From Mobula hypostoma (lineage: Eukaryota), in assembly GCF_963921235.1 (NCBI RefSeq), contig NC_086115.1, positions 61,196,001 to 61,260,000 of the forward strand: a DNA stretch of 64,000 nt. Direction: 5' to 3'. The notes below the pieces were generated by a model. That model saw nothing but the letters and a program-made list of their open reading frames with translations. It searched no databases and was not told the DNA's origin. Of this stretch, positions 14,001 through 26,695 are shown piece by piece (the first letter of the stretch is position 1; each line of letters begins with the position of its first letter). A program made the position numbers and the translations under genes.

Positions 14001-14825
14001 AAAACTCAGAAAAAATTCACTCCTAATTTCCATAATTTAATCAAAAGACCCTCCCACCATAACATATCATATACTTCTATATTAAAAAATACTGTTGTTA
14101 CAACTTCTTTATTTACCTGTGCTTTCTTAGTATCATTTTCCAAATATAAAACTGAAACCAATGTCGTTCTACACTTCTAAAATCTGCTCTGATAAAACGC
14201 AGTGTCACCTCTTTTCTCCAGAATATAATTCAGCCGTTCTATTACCATATGTTCCATAAATTTACACAAATGTGACGTTAGGGATATTGGTCTATAACTA
14301 GAAGGATCTGATGGGGTTTTAGAATAGGCACTACTACTACCATTGTCCATGATGATGGAAGGTGGCCTAAACTCCAAATATGATTTTTAAATTTTAATAT
14401 TATCTCACGAGAGTTGTCAGCCATATGTTTAAATATACAATGACATATATCATGCTTTCCTGGAGAGCAGTTGGACCTTCCAAATATAGATGTATTTTTA
14501 CTACAAGCAATTAAAACACCTTGACTGCACACGGTGTTCTCCATTTAACTAATTATGTGGCTTCTAAAACCAATTGGTTGCACCAAAGATGATTTGATGT
14601 GTCATATTAAAGAGGGTGAATACTTATGCAATCAATTAATTCGGGTTTTATATCCGTAATTAATTTAGGTCACTTGTAGAGATGTGTTCTCACTTTGACA
14701 TGAAAGAGTCTTTTTCTGTTAATTAACGTCAAAAAAAGCCAAATTAAATGCACTGATATTCAATGTTGTAAAACAATAAAATGTGAAAAGTTCTGGGGTG
14801 GGATGAATATTTTTTATAGGCATTG
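11100..14825 (-). mobile_element. Tc1 DNA transposon (decayed, left end missing) split by the Nimb LINE
   Basis: ORF 11475-11663 (GRVAKRKPLLKK...WKKVLLFDETNIELF); right IR at about 14615-14825 followed by TA; colinear with the Tc1 at 29803-33389. Confidence 0.9.
12016..14465 (-). mobile_element. I-group (Nimb-like) LINE, 5'-truncated: RT + RNase H + C-terminal CCHC
   Basis: SYRPISLTSHLCKFME, VEQWANSWGFKLS, RNase H IFTDGS...ICSDSFSVL, LTRLRIGY...CWC..ETVEHIVLQC; 3' ggtggtggtaatgcacc motif + A-rich tail; TSD agca(a/g)ttggacctt at 12002-12015 and 14466-14479. Confidence 0.88.
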
Positions 14826-16977
14826 TATTGTCATTTTGAAAGAGATCTTCATCTGTTTGTATTGAAGTGTATCCTGTCAATGCAGCCCAGCAATGGGCAA
14901 AAGTCGGAATCTCTTTATAAAGAAAAAGTTGGGATCATGCTATAAGAACTGCAAAAGTTTGAGGAAAGAAGGGAGGAAGTGGAAAAATCTAACTTTAATA
15001 TGTGAGAACTTTGTCTCAGAGGTAAATAAATAAAACCTTGAACCCTATTTCAAATTGAACTGTATCAACATCACTAACAATCAGAAGAGATAGAACTTTA
15101 ACAGGGCTAGAAAGATAATGAAAAATGTGAGGAAAAGAGTTTTATCTGAGAGAGAAAATCTCAATATAGAGATGAAGAAATATTTGGATGGGCATTTGAA
15201 ATATCAGCATATAAGTTTATGGGGAAGGAATTAGGAATTGGACGAGTATGTATGAATTGACACAATGGCTGTATGGACCTGGTGGGTTCCAGAATTTGCA
15301 TAACTCTATGATGAGCAATAAAGAGACATGGCCCTTCTCAATTCAGTGAATGCAAGTTATTCAAATGAGCTGTGAGATGCTGCTGTGATTGTAACATCTT
15401 TTTCCCCCAAACTTGCGACGTTGCTTTGGAATTAAAAAAAAATCTTTGTCCAAAATCTTTCTGTGGGAAAGTGGAGACTTTAAAGCAAACATCTGATCTC
15501 GATACAAGCCTTTCAGAACTTTGACTCTGTATTTACCCTGGAGATATAGATTATTAGTCTTGGGCACAGTATTCATGTTGCTAATATCAAAGTTTCAATG
15601 TTGACCTTGTGTGATATTTCATTACTTCCTTCTGGGTTAAATATTTAAAAGAACTGTATTTAGTATGTGGACTATATCTTTTTCTCCTTTCGTTTTCATT
15701 TTAAGGGTATCCCTTAGGGTTTTGACCTTTTCACTCAGTATTCTCTTTCTGAAATAATGTTGGAAATATATTCCTTACATTATGTTTTACTTTTGAAATT
15801 TAGGAGTCTGTTTAGTCCACAATCTCTTTTTCATGTAGTTCTTTATAATCTTTGCTGAAGACTATACTGTAAGGTGTTGTTGTTTCTTTCCTCACTATCT
15901 CCTTTTCGTTTTTCTTGATGACTTAGAATTGCATTGTCTGCCTCAAATGATACTCAATGACATGTTTCCCTTTGTGATTTTGTAGAACTGGGTCTGAGAT
16001 GTCAGCTGTCAATTGCTACAATTCTGCATAACAGCTCCACTGTATGTTATAACAATCCCAAATTTTCTTCAAAATACTGTAAAACATGTTATTTATAACA
16101 TTTGTGCTTTATAGTTTGAAACATTTAAATTTTACAGCATTGTCCTATGAACTGTGTGATCAAAATATTTAATGCTTTTAGCACTTGTTCATTACAGTGA
16201 CATTCAGAATTCTAATATTCTGATATTATAAATTATTTAAGAACATCCATCATTCCCAGAACACAAGGAGAGCATGTAATGTGTTTGCTATGATCTTTCG
16301 TCTTCTTACTTATTTCAGGTAGCCTTTTTAAAGAGATTTTTTAAAATCCTGCTTTCAGCTCAAAATTCTTTAAAAGTGTCTGGAATTATTGTGAATTGTC
16401 ATTATTATTACAGTATTGCTGCAATGAAAAACAAAAGCCAGCAAAGTCTTTTTGCATCTTCAGTCCCAAAAGTAAGTTTTTGTTTGTAGCAAAAAGCCAC
16501 ATTTTAAATGTCTTTTCTTAAGAAGACACAGTATTTCATTTCTATATGCAAGGACACCTTTAGGTGTCAGCATCAGCTTGGTGGCTGCTCTCTTGCCTAT
16601 GAGATAGTGAGTGGATAATATGTTCGAGTCTCCTTCAGGAGTCTGGGTATATCACTTATGCTAAAATCATAAGAACTTTTTTGATGGAAGTTTTCATTGT
16701 TGGAGATACTATATAGATATGGCATTTTGTTCCAATGTACGTATATCCTCAGCACCATTTGGAGAAAAGTGTCAGGCTCTAGGCTGTGATCTATAGTTAT
16801 TTCTTAACCAATGCTAACATTTTTGGCTTGGCTATTTCCTTCATAATCGTAAGAGTAAATATGCCATTACTAAGAAATAGTGCAATGTTTTATTGAAAAT
16901 TGGATAAGCATTATCATGCAAAACAGATCGATATTAGGTTATGTCTTTTCAAATTAGTTGTGCACAGTTTGTCATTT

Positions 16978-17640
16978 GAAACATAGAAACACAGAAAACC
17001 TACAGCACAATACAGGCCCTTCGGCCCACAGAGTTGTGCTGAACATGTCCCTACCTTAGAAATTACTAGGCTTACCTATGACCCTCTATTTTTCTACGCT
17101 CCATGTACCTATCTAAAAGTCTCTTAAAAGACTCTATCGTGTCCACCTCCACCACCGTTGCCGGCAGCCCATTCCACGCACTCACCACTCTCTGAGGAAA
17201 AATACTTACCCCTGACATCTCCTCTGTACCTACTCCCCAGCACCTTAAACCTGTGTCCTCTTGTGGAAACCATTTCAGCCCTGGGAAAAAGCCTCTGACT
17301 ATCCACACGATCAATGCCTCTCATCATCTTATACACCTCTATCAGGTCACCTCTCATCCTCCGTCGCTCCAAGGAGAAAAGGCCGAGTTCACTCAACCTA
17401 TTCTCATAAGGCATGCTCCCCAATCCAGGCAACATCCTTGTAAATCTCCTCTGGACCCTTTCTATAGTTTCCACATCCTTCCTGTGGTGAGGCGACCAGA
17501 GCTGAGCACAGTGCTCCAAGTGGGGTTTGACCAGGGTCCTATATAGCTGCAACATTACCTCTCAGCTCCTAAATTCAATTGCAGGATTGATGAAGGCTAA
17601 TACACTGTGTGCCTTCTTAACCACAGAACAAACCTGCACA
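16978..17640 (-). mobile_element. CR1 subfamily B 3' fragment
   Basis: ORF 17124-17555 (MLQLYRTLVKPHLEHC); (ATAGAAAC) tail. Confidence 0.95.
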
Positions 17641-18171
17641 AATCAATCTGATTTGCGATTTTATTTTCTCCCCATCAAGATGTAATAGTAGCAATCTGAA
17701 AAACAAAATTGTAACCAGTGTTGGATTTAGTAAGCATTATAATACAGGACATGGGCGGGTGTGAGAAAAAAAGATTATGTAAAATACTTTTCCCTTCCTT
17801 TACTTTTTGAGATGTTAGGATAACTACTGTCAATGCTTTCAAATCCTTTTGAGTAGGTTAACAAATTGCTCTATGGCAAATGAGGAAGTAATGAGAGAGC
17901 TTGTGGTATTTCAAAATATGGTGAACAAGAAGAGCATTCAGATTGTAGAGAATTGAGATAAAAATAAGGAATAGTTGAGAGTTTTGTAAAGCAATCTGAA
18001 GTATAAAGTAGTAATGCCATTCTTTGCAGCAGGCACCATGTGGTAGCTCATCTTGTGAGGGGATGCAGAGAATAAAACCATTCTGAATCATTAAAATATT
18101 AGCTGAGAATAGGGATGGCAATGATTAGTTTATTATGGTTTATGATGGGACAGTTTCATGAGATGTCTGCT

Positions 18172-18700
18172 TAGACCATAAGACATAGGAGCAGAATTAA
18201 ACTATTTGGCCATCAAGTCTCCTCCATCATTCCATCATGGCGATTTAATTTCCCTCTCAACCCCATTCTCCTGCTTTCTCCCTGTAACATTTGATGCCTT
18301 TCCAAATTAAGAACCATGCAAACTCCACTTTAAATATACCAAATGACAGCCTCCATAGCCATCTGTGGCAATGAATTCCACAGATACACTGCTCTCTGGC
18401 AAAAAAATAGTCCTCCTCATCTCTTTTCTAATTGCATGTCCCTCTATTCTGAGGTTCTGCCCTCTAGTCCTAGACTCCCCCACCATAGGAAACATCTTCT
18501 CCATATCAATTTTATCGAGGCCTTTCAATATCCTATAGGATTCAATGAGATCCACCCTCACTTTTCTAAACTCCTTTGAGTACAGGACTAGAGCCATCAA
18601 ATGTTCTTCAAGTGTTAACCGTTTTATTCCCAGAATCATTCTTGTAAACCTCCTTCTGACCCTCTCTAATGCCAGCACTCCTTTTCTTAGATATTGGGCC
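18172..18700 (-). mobile_element. CR1 subfamily A-like 3' fragment
   Basis: ORF 18307-18678; tail tagaccataagac is the reverse complement of the tail near 2661-2681. Confidence 0.9.
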
Positions 18701-18866
18701 TGGGGGAATGTCTAAGAAGACAAGAGATTAGAGTGAAGACTGACTTTGCCATTCATAATATTAAAAATGAGTTTTCCAAATAATTTGCATGCATCTCTAA
18801 AAATAAATAATATGCACCTCAATAATTTCCAAAGCTTTGGATTAAAAAAGACTGATATGAATTGAA

Positions 18867-19002
18867 GCAACACACATCAAAGTTGCTGGTGAACGCAGCA
18901 GGCCAGGCAGCATCTCAAGGAAGAGGTACAGTCGACGTTTCAGGCCGAGACCCTTCGTCAGGACTAACTGAAGGAAGAGTTAGTAAGAGTAAGAGAGTTG
19001 TT
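18867..19002 (-). mobile_element. 136-bp Penelope-like terminal insertion with a perfect 14-bp TSD
   Basis: TSD tgatatgaattgaa at 18853-18866 and 19003-19016; body nearly identical to about 48689-48808. Confidence 0.9.
18930..18965 (-). ncRNA. Minimal type I hammerhead ribozyme motif
   Basis: Minus strand AGUC CUGACGA AGG GUCUCGG CCU GAAA CGUC GACU: intact core, stem I AGUC/GACU, stem II AGG/CCU, loopless palindromic stem III (ACGU), GUC cleavage triplet. Confidence 0.8.
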
Positions 19003-19587
19003 TGATATGAATTGAAATTACTGATTTTGAAAATATTATAACCCTAGGGTATTTTGGAAAAGGAACATCTATGCTGGTAAACCTTTGTGTTTACAGCACA
19101 AAAAAACACCTGAAATAACAGAATGGTGAAGTGCACAATCCATTGCTGTGCATTTGAAATTAAAGGAAATTGGAAGCTATTCATTTACATTATGACCCTC
19201 AGTAATCACTGGAAGTACATCACTTACAATGAACTGTTCAAATGCTGGAATGCGGGAACTAGTTTAGGCACAATAGCACATTTATGTGCCCAGTCATTGA
19301 GATAGTGAATAAGTAACCCAAAGATTGAATTCATTACGCTCCCAATGTAAACAGTAAAATTGATTTTGGAAAAGCTGTTAATCTGTGAGCTGGAAAATGA
19401 TCGCAAATGCGTATAGATTGTAATAAAGACCAATTGTTTTGAAAATATACTCAGGGACAGGAGGTTCCCACTCTTAGAGTGGTGTTCTTTGATTCTACAA
19501 ATGTAATCAAAGCCCCAACGTGGGAAATGTTGCCATAAAAGTATAGAAACATAGAAACATTGAAAACCTACAGCATGATACAGGCCC

Positions 19588-19816
19588 GAACACAAGGAAA
19601 TCTGCAGATGCTGGAAAATCAAGCAACACACATCAAAGTTGCTGCTGAATGCAGCAGGCCAGGCAGCATCTCTAGGAAAGAGGTACAGTGGACTTCTCTT
19701 ACTAGTTCTTCTTTCAGTTAGCCCTGACGAAGGATCTCGGCCCGAAACGTCAACTGTACCTCTTCCTAGAGATGCTGCCTGGCCTGCTGCGTTCACCAGC
19801 AACTTTTATGTGTGAT
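19588..19816. mobile_element. Fold-back Penelope-like mini-insertion in the CR1 3' tail; + strand hammerhead variant at 19720-19755
   Basis: TSD gcatgatacaggccc (19573-19587) / gcacaatacaggccc (19817-19831); arms about 19627-19693 and 19749-19814 are reverse complements. Confidence 0.85.
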
Positions 19817-21905
19817 GCACAATACAGGCCCTTCGGCCCACAAAGTTGTGCCGAACATGTCCCTACCTTACAAATTACTAGGCTTACCTATAGCCCTCTA
19901 TTTTTCTAAGCTCCATGTACCAATTCAAAAATCTTTTTGAAAGACCCTATCATATCCGCCTCCACCACTGTTGCCGGCAGCCCATTCCACGCACTCACCG
20001 CTCTCTGAGTAAAAAACTTATCACTGGCATCTCCTCTGTACCTACTCCCCAGCACCTTAAACCTGTTTCCTTGTGTGGCAACCATTTCAGCCCTGAGAAA
20101 AAGCCACTGACTATCCACACGATCAATGCCTCTCATCATCTTATACATCTCTATCAGGTCACCTCTCATCCTCCATCGCTTCAAGGAGAAAAGGCCAAGT
20201 TCACTCAACCTATTCTTATAAGGCATGCTCCCCAATCCAGGCAACATCCTTGTAAATCTCCTCTGGACCCTTTCTATAGTTTCCACATCCTTCCTGTGGT
20301 GAGGCGACCAGAACTGAGCACAGTGCTCCAAGTGGGGTCTGACCAAGGTCCTATATAGCTGCAACATTACCTCTCAACTCCTAAATTCAATTCTATGATT
20401 GATGAAGGCCAAGACACTGTACACCTTCTTAACCACAGAGTCAACCTGCGCAGCTGCTTTGAGCGTCCTATGGACTCAGACCCCAAGATCCCTCTGATCC
20501 TCCACACTGCCAAGAGTCTTACTATTAATACTATATTCTGCCATCATATTTGACCTATCAAAATGAACCACTTCACACTTATCTGCGTTGAACTCCATCT
20601 GCCACTTCTCAGCCCAGCTTTGCATCCTATCAATGTCCCGCTGTAACTTCTGACAGCCCACCACACTATCCACTACACCTCCAACCTTTGTGTCATCAGC
20701 AAACTTACTAACCCATTCCTCTACTTCCTCATCCAGGTCATTTTATGAAAATCATGAAGAGTAAGGGTCCCAGAACAGATCCCTGAGGCACTCCACTGGT
20801 GACCGACCTCCATGCAGAATATGACCCGTCTATAACCACTCTTTGCCTTCTGTGGACAAACCAGTTCTGGATCCACAAAGCAATGTCCCCTTGGATCCCA
20901 TGCTTCCTTACTTTCTCAATAAGCTTTGCATGGGGTACCTTATCAAATGCCTTGCTGAAATCTATATACTCTACATCCACTGCTCTTCCTTCATCAATGT
21001 GTTTAGTCACATCCTCAAAAAATACAATCAGGCTCGTAAGGCACAACTTGCCCTTGACAAAGCCTTGCTGACTATCCCTAATCATATTATACCTCTCCAA
21101 ATGTTCATAAATCCTGCCTGTCAGGATCTTCTCCATCAACTTACCAACCACTGAGGTAAGACTCACTGGTCTATAATTTCCTGGGCTATCTCTACTCCCT
21201 TTCTTGAATAAAGGAACAACATCTGCAACCCTCCAATCCTCCGGAACCTCTCCCATCCCCATTGATGATGCAAATATCATCGCCAGAGGCTCAGCAATCT
21301 CCTCCCTCACCTCCCACAGTAGCCTGGGGTACTTCTTAACCAACTTGATGCTTTCCAAAAGCTCCAGCACATCCTCTTTGTTAATGACTACATGCTCAAG
21401 CTTTTCAGTCTGCTGCAAGTCATCCCTGCAATCACCAAGATCCTTTTCCATAGTGGATACTGAAGTAAAGTATTCATTAAGTACCTCTGCTCTTTCCTCT
21501 GGTTCCATACGTACTTTCCCACTGTCGCACTTGATAGGTCTATTCTTTCATGTCTTATCCTCTTGCTCTTCACATACTTGTAGAATGCCTTGGAGTTTTC
21601 CTTAATTCTGCCCGGCAAGGCCTTCTTATGGCCTCTTCTGGTTCTCCTAATTTCCTTCGTATGCTCCTTCCTATTAGCTTTATGATTTTCTAGACCTCTA
21701 ACATTACCTAGTTCTCTGAACCTTTTGTAAGCTTTTCTTTTCTTCTTGACTAGATTTATTACAGCCTTTGTACACTATGGTTCCTGTACCCTATCATAAC
21801 TTCCCTGTCTCATTGGAACGTACCTATGGAGAACTCTACACAAATATCCCCTGAACATTTGCCACATTTCTTTCATACTTTTCCCTGAGAACATCAGTTT
21901 CCAAT

Positions 21906-22071
21906 GCAAACACGAGGAAATCTTCAGATGCTGGAAATTCAAGCAACACACACAAAAAATGGTGGTTGACGAAGGTGACTTTCGAAGGAACTCGGCCCGA
22001 CACGTCGACTGTACTTCTTCCTATAGATGCTGCCTGGCCTGCTGTGTTCACCAGCATTTTTTGTGTGTGTT
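21906..22071. mobile_element. Fold-back Penelope-like mini-insertion in CR1 ORF2
   Basis: TSD atcagtttccaat (21893-21905) / atctgtttccaat (22072-22084); starts gcaaacacgaggaaatc as at 48652; orientation switches at about 21965. Confidence 0.85.
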
Positions 22072-24782
22072 ATCTGTTTCCAATTTAAGCTTCCAATTTC
22101 CTGCCTGATAGCCTCATAATTCCCCTTACTCCAATTAAACGCTTTTCTAACTTGCCCATTCCTATCTCTCTCTAATGCTATTGTAAGGGAGATAGAATTA
22201 TGATCACTATCTCCAAAATGCTCTCCCACTGAGAGATCTGACACCTGACTAGGTTCATTTCCCAATACCAAATCAAGTACAGCCTCTTGTCTTGTAGGCT
22301 TATCTGCATATTGTGTGAAGAAACCTTTCTGAACACACCTAACAAACTCCACCCCATCTAAACCCCTTGCTCTAGGGAAATGCCAATCGATATTTGAGAA
22401 ATTAAAATCTCCCATCACAAAACTCTGTTATTATTACACCTTTCCAGGATCTGTTTCCCTGTCTGCTCCTCGATATCACTGTTATCTATTGGGCAGCCTA
22501 TAGAAAACACCCAGTGAAGTTATTGACCCCTTCCTGTTCCTAACCTCCTCCCACAGAGACTCTGTAGACAATCCCTCCATGGTGTCCAGCTTTTCTGCAG
22601 CCGTGACACTATCTCTGATCAACAGTACCACGCCCCCACCTCTTTTGCCTCCCTCCCTGTCCTTTCTGAAACGTCTAAAACCCGGCACTTGAAGTAACCA
22701 TTCCTGTCCCCGAACCATCCAAGTTCTCTGTAATGGCTACCACATCATATCGCCAAGTACCGATCCATGCTCTAAGCTCATCCACTTTGTTCACAACACT
22801 CCTTGCGTTAAAATAGAAGCATCTCAAACCTTCAGTCTGAGCACGTCCCTTCTCCGTCACCTGCCTATCCTCCCTCTCGCACTGTCCACAAGCTTTCTCT
22901 ATTTGTGAGCCACCGCCTCTTCCCCAGTCTCTTCACTTCGGTTCCCACCCCCCAACAATTGTAGTTTAAACTCTTCCCCAGTAGCCTTAGCAAACCTCCC
23001 CGCCAGGATATTGGTCCCCCTGGGATTCAAGTGCAACCTGTCCTTTTTGTACAGGTCACACCTGCCCCAAAAGAGGTCCCAATGATCCAGAAATCTGAAT
23101 CCCTGCCCCCTGCTCCAATCTGTCATCCACGCTTTTATCCACCACCTCATTCTACTCCTATACTCACTGTCGCATGGCACAGGCAGTAATCCCGAGATTA
23201 CCACCTTTGCGGTCCTGCTTCTCAACTTCCTTCCTAACTCCCTGTACTCTTTTTTCAGGACCTCTTCCCTTTCCCTACCTATGCCATTGGTACCAATATG
23301 TACCACGACCTCTGGCTGTTCTCTCTCCCACTGCAGGATATCTAGGATGTAATCTAAAACATCCCGGACCCTGGCACCTGGGAGGCAAACTACCATCCGA
23401 GTTTCTTTGCCGTTTCCACAGAATCGCTGTCTGACCCCCTAACTATAGAGCCCCCTATCACTACTGCCTTCCTCTTCCTTTCCCTACCCTTCTGAGCCAC
23501 AGAGCTGGACTCTGTGCCGGAGGCACGGCCACTGTCGCTTCCCCCAGGTAGGCTGTCCCCCCCCCAACAGTACTCATACAGGAGTACTTATTGTCAAGGG
23601 GCACAGTCACCGGAGTACTCTCTAGTACCTGACTCTTCCCCTTTCCCCTCCTGACTGTGACCCACCTGTCTGTCTCCCGTGGCCCTGGTGTGACCACCTG
23701 CCTATAACTCCTTTCTATCAGCTCCTCGCTCTCCCTGACCAGGCGAAGGTTATCGAGCTACATCTCCAGTTCCCTAACTCGGTCCCTTAGGAGCTGCAGC
23801 TCGACACACCTGGCGCTGATATGGCCGTCCAGGAGGCTGGGAGACTCCAGGACCTCCCACATCTGACACCGAGCACAGAAAACTGGCCTCACACACATAC
23901 TTCCTCTTTCCGCAAATAACACCGGTAAACCTACCTCACCTTATCCCGTTACTGCGTAAGCTCGTTGAGCCAAAGCCCTATCACTCTGCTGCCTCTCACT
24001 CCGCTGCCCGCTGGATATCATGGTCTTCTTTTTAAACCTTTCGTGCTCCACTGGCTGACGTCACACGCCTGCGCAGTCTTGGCTCCCTTTTACCGCGAGT
24101 GGTAAAAACTGCCTTGGCTCCGAAAATCAACTGTTCACTTGCAGCTGTATATCTGACACCAAATAAGATTAAAAAGGAAATACCTGACATGAATCTCAAT
24201 AATTTGTATCTTAAAGGTGATTGTGGAGAGGTACACTTACAAACATCCCTACTGTTTTTCGAAGAGTAACAAGAAGCTATAAATGTACAACAGAACCTAT
24301 GAGAAAGGACCCATTGAGCTTTGACTTTATGGATTATTTATGGTGCAACATTTCCTACAAAAGCAGTAATTCAAAGGCAGTGTGTGGATAGTCAGGCTGA
24401 TTGTATGATTGATAATGAGTATGGAAGTTTCTGACCAAATTTTACCGAATGATGAATTACAAATTTTGCAGAGTCTCATGTGAACCCGAGATGCCGGGAT
24501 TCACTGCTGCACACTCCGGAGGTGTCGTCGGCCTATCAGCGAAACACTGAAGAAAGAGGGCACCCAGTTGATAACCAAGAAGATGCCACTACTCATTTGG
24601 CCACCCCACAGAGTCTAGGCAGCACGTCTCAGGAGTGCAAATGAGCGATATTAACACCTAGTCCTACATAACATACCTGATCAGAATATTTGTGACCACC
24701 TCCTTACAACTGCCAGTGGTTTATTACTAATCTGCTTCATTTCTCAAAATACAAGATAATTTAAAGAAGAGGCATTCAATAC

Positions 24783-24952
24783 GGATGCCATGGTAGTATA
24801 GTGGTTAGCTTAATGCTATTACGCTCAAGGTATTGGAGTTTGGAGTTCAATGTCGACTAACTCTGTAAGGAGTTTCTGTACCGTGGAATACAATGGGTTT
24901 ACTCTGGGTGCTCTGGTTTCTTCCCAACGTCCAAAGACATACCAGGTAGGTT
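24783..24952 (+). mobile_element. V-SINE 5' part (tRNA-like head + core); a matching 3' part lies at about 26700-26770
   Basis: tggtagtatagtggttagc A-box-like, ggagttcaa B-box-like, ggtttcttcccaacgtccaaagacat core. Confidence 0.75.
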
Positions 24953-25770
24953 CAAGGTTCCAAGTAAATTTATAATCAAAATACAATATCTCACCATATA
25001 CAATCTTGAGATTCATTTTCTTTGGGACATACTGAATAAATCTATAGAATAATAACCATAACAGAATCAGTGAAAGACTGCCCACCTTAGGTGTTCAACC
25101 AGAGTGAAGAAGACAACAAACTGTGCAAATACAAAAAGAAAGAAATAATAATAATAATAATAAATCAGCTATAAATATTGAGAACATGAGGTGAAGAGTC
25201 TATGAAAGTGAGTATTTTGGCTGTGGGAAAATTTCAATGATGGGCCAAGTAAAGTTCAGTAATATTATCCCCTTTGGTTCAAGAGCCTGATGGCTGAGGG
25301 GTAGAAACTGTTCCTGAACCTGGTGGTTTGAGTCCTGATGGCAGCAGCAAGAAGAGAGCATGTCCGGGTTGTTAGGGGTCCCTGATGATTGATGCTGCTT
25401 TCCTGCCAACTCTCCATGTAGGTGTGCTAAATGGTGGGAAGGACTTTTCCTGTGATGAACTTGGCTGTATCCTCTATTTTTTGTGGGATTTTCCGTTCAA
25501 GTGCATTGGTGTTTCCATATCAGGCTGTGATGCAACCAGTAAATATACTCTTTACTACACATCTTCAGAGTTTGTCAAAGTTTTAGATATCATGCTAACT
25601 CCCCACAAGCATCCAAAGAAGTAGAAACAGTGCAGTTCTTTCTTCGTAATTGCACTAGCATGCTGGGCCCAGAAAAATGTCCTCCGAAATAATAACAGTG
25701 AGCAATTTAAAGTTGTTGACTCTCTCTACATATGATCCTTCAAAGAGGAATGGCTCATAGATCTCCCCAC
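24950..25770 (-). mobile_element. Rex/Babar-type LINE 3' fragment
   Basis: Reverse complement of the 3'UTR at 28660-28866/29731-29802/33390-33420; ttcctgaacctggtggt, gatgctgctttcctg motifs. Confidence 0.7.
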
Positions 25771-25860
25771 TAGACTGACAACTGCATTCATGCTGCTTCA
25801 ATCACCCATTCTGAGCTTGTGAGTTTCATCAACTTTACCTCTAACTTCCACCCTGTACTC
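25771..25860 (+). mobile_element. Short Penelope-like RT fragment (degenerate catalytic region)
   Basis: Translates as ..DNCIHAASITHSELVSFINFTSNFHPVL, resembling the PLE RT region after the YxDD motif. Confidence 0.5.
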
Positions 25861-25864
25861 CCTG

Positions 25865-26695
25865 TGCATAGTACTCCAAGTGGGATCTCACCAGGGTTCT
25901 ATATAGGTGTAACATTACCTCTCGGCTCTTGAACTAAATTCCGTGATTGATTAAGGCCAATACACCGTATGCCTTCTTAACCGCACAGTCAACCTGGGCA
26001 GCAGCTTTGAGTGTCCTATGGACTTGGACCCCAAGATCCCTCTGATCCTCCACACTGCCAAGAGTTTTACCATTAATACCATAGTCTGTCATCATATTTG
26101 ACTTACTAAAATGAACACCTCACACTTATCTGGGTTGAACTCCATCTGCCACTTCTCAGCCCAGTTTTTCATCCAATTGATGTTTCGCTGTGACCTCTGA
26201 CAGCCCTCCACGCTATCCACAACACCCCCAACCTTTGTGTCATCACCAAATTTACTAACTCATCCCTTCACTTCCTCATCCAGTTCATTTATAAAGATCA
26301 CAAAGAGAAGGAGTCCCAGAACAGATCCCTGAGGCACACCACTGGTCACCGACCTCCATGCAGAATATGACCCGTCTGTAACCACTCTTTGCTGTCTGTG
26401 AGCAAGCCAGTTCTGGATCCACAAAGCAATGTCCCCTTGGATCCCATGCGTCCTTACTTTCTCAGAAAGCCTTACATGGGGTACCTTATCAAATACCTTG
26501 CTGAAATCCATATACACTACATCTACTGGTCTACCTTCATCAATGTGTTTAGTCACATCCTCAAAAAATTCAGTCAGGTTCGTGAGGCACCTTTGACAAA
26601 GCCATGCTGACTATTCCTAATCAGATTATGCCTCTCCAAATGTTCATAAATCCTGCCTCTCAGGATCTTTTCCATCAACTTACCAACTGCTGAAG
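25865..26695 (-). mobile_element. CR1 subfamily B internal RT fragment
   Basis: ORF 26260-26556 ([13 protein letters not shown]...[10 protein letters not shown]). Confidence 0.92.

Larger units (their letters stand above)
19543..24125 (-). mobile_element. Near-full-length CR1 subfamily B (5'UTR, ORF1 with SGNH esterase domain, ORF2 APE+RT), decayed, with two Penelope-like insertions
   Basis: ORF1 pieces (VVCLPGARV..VVVHIGTNGIG..DRLHLNPRG); ORF2 pieces ([42 protein letters not shown]); ATAGAAAC tail at about 19543-19568. Confidence 0.95.

Noticed and set aside
19224..19802. 192-aa minus-strand ORF
   Set aside because: Chance read-through across the PLE hairpin, CR1 tail and unique DNA; the same N-terminal peptide recurs in the other PLE termini.
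22899..23396. SGNH esterase gene
   Set aside because: It is the normal ORF1 domain of CR1 LINEs.
24783..24860. tRNA gene
   Set aside because: Degenerate tRNA-derived SINE head followed by the V-SINE core; no cloverleaf.
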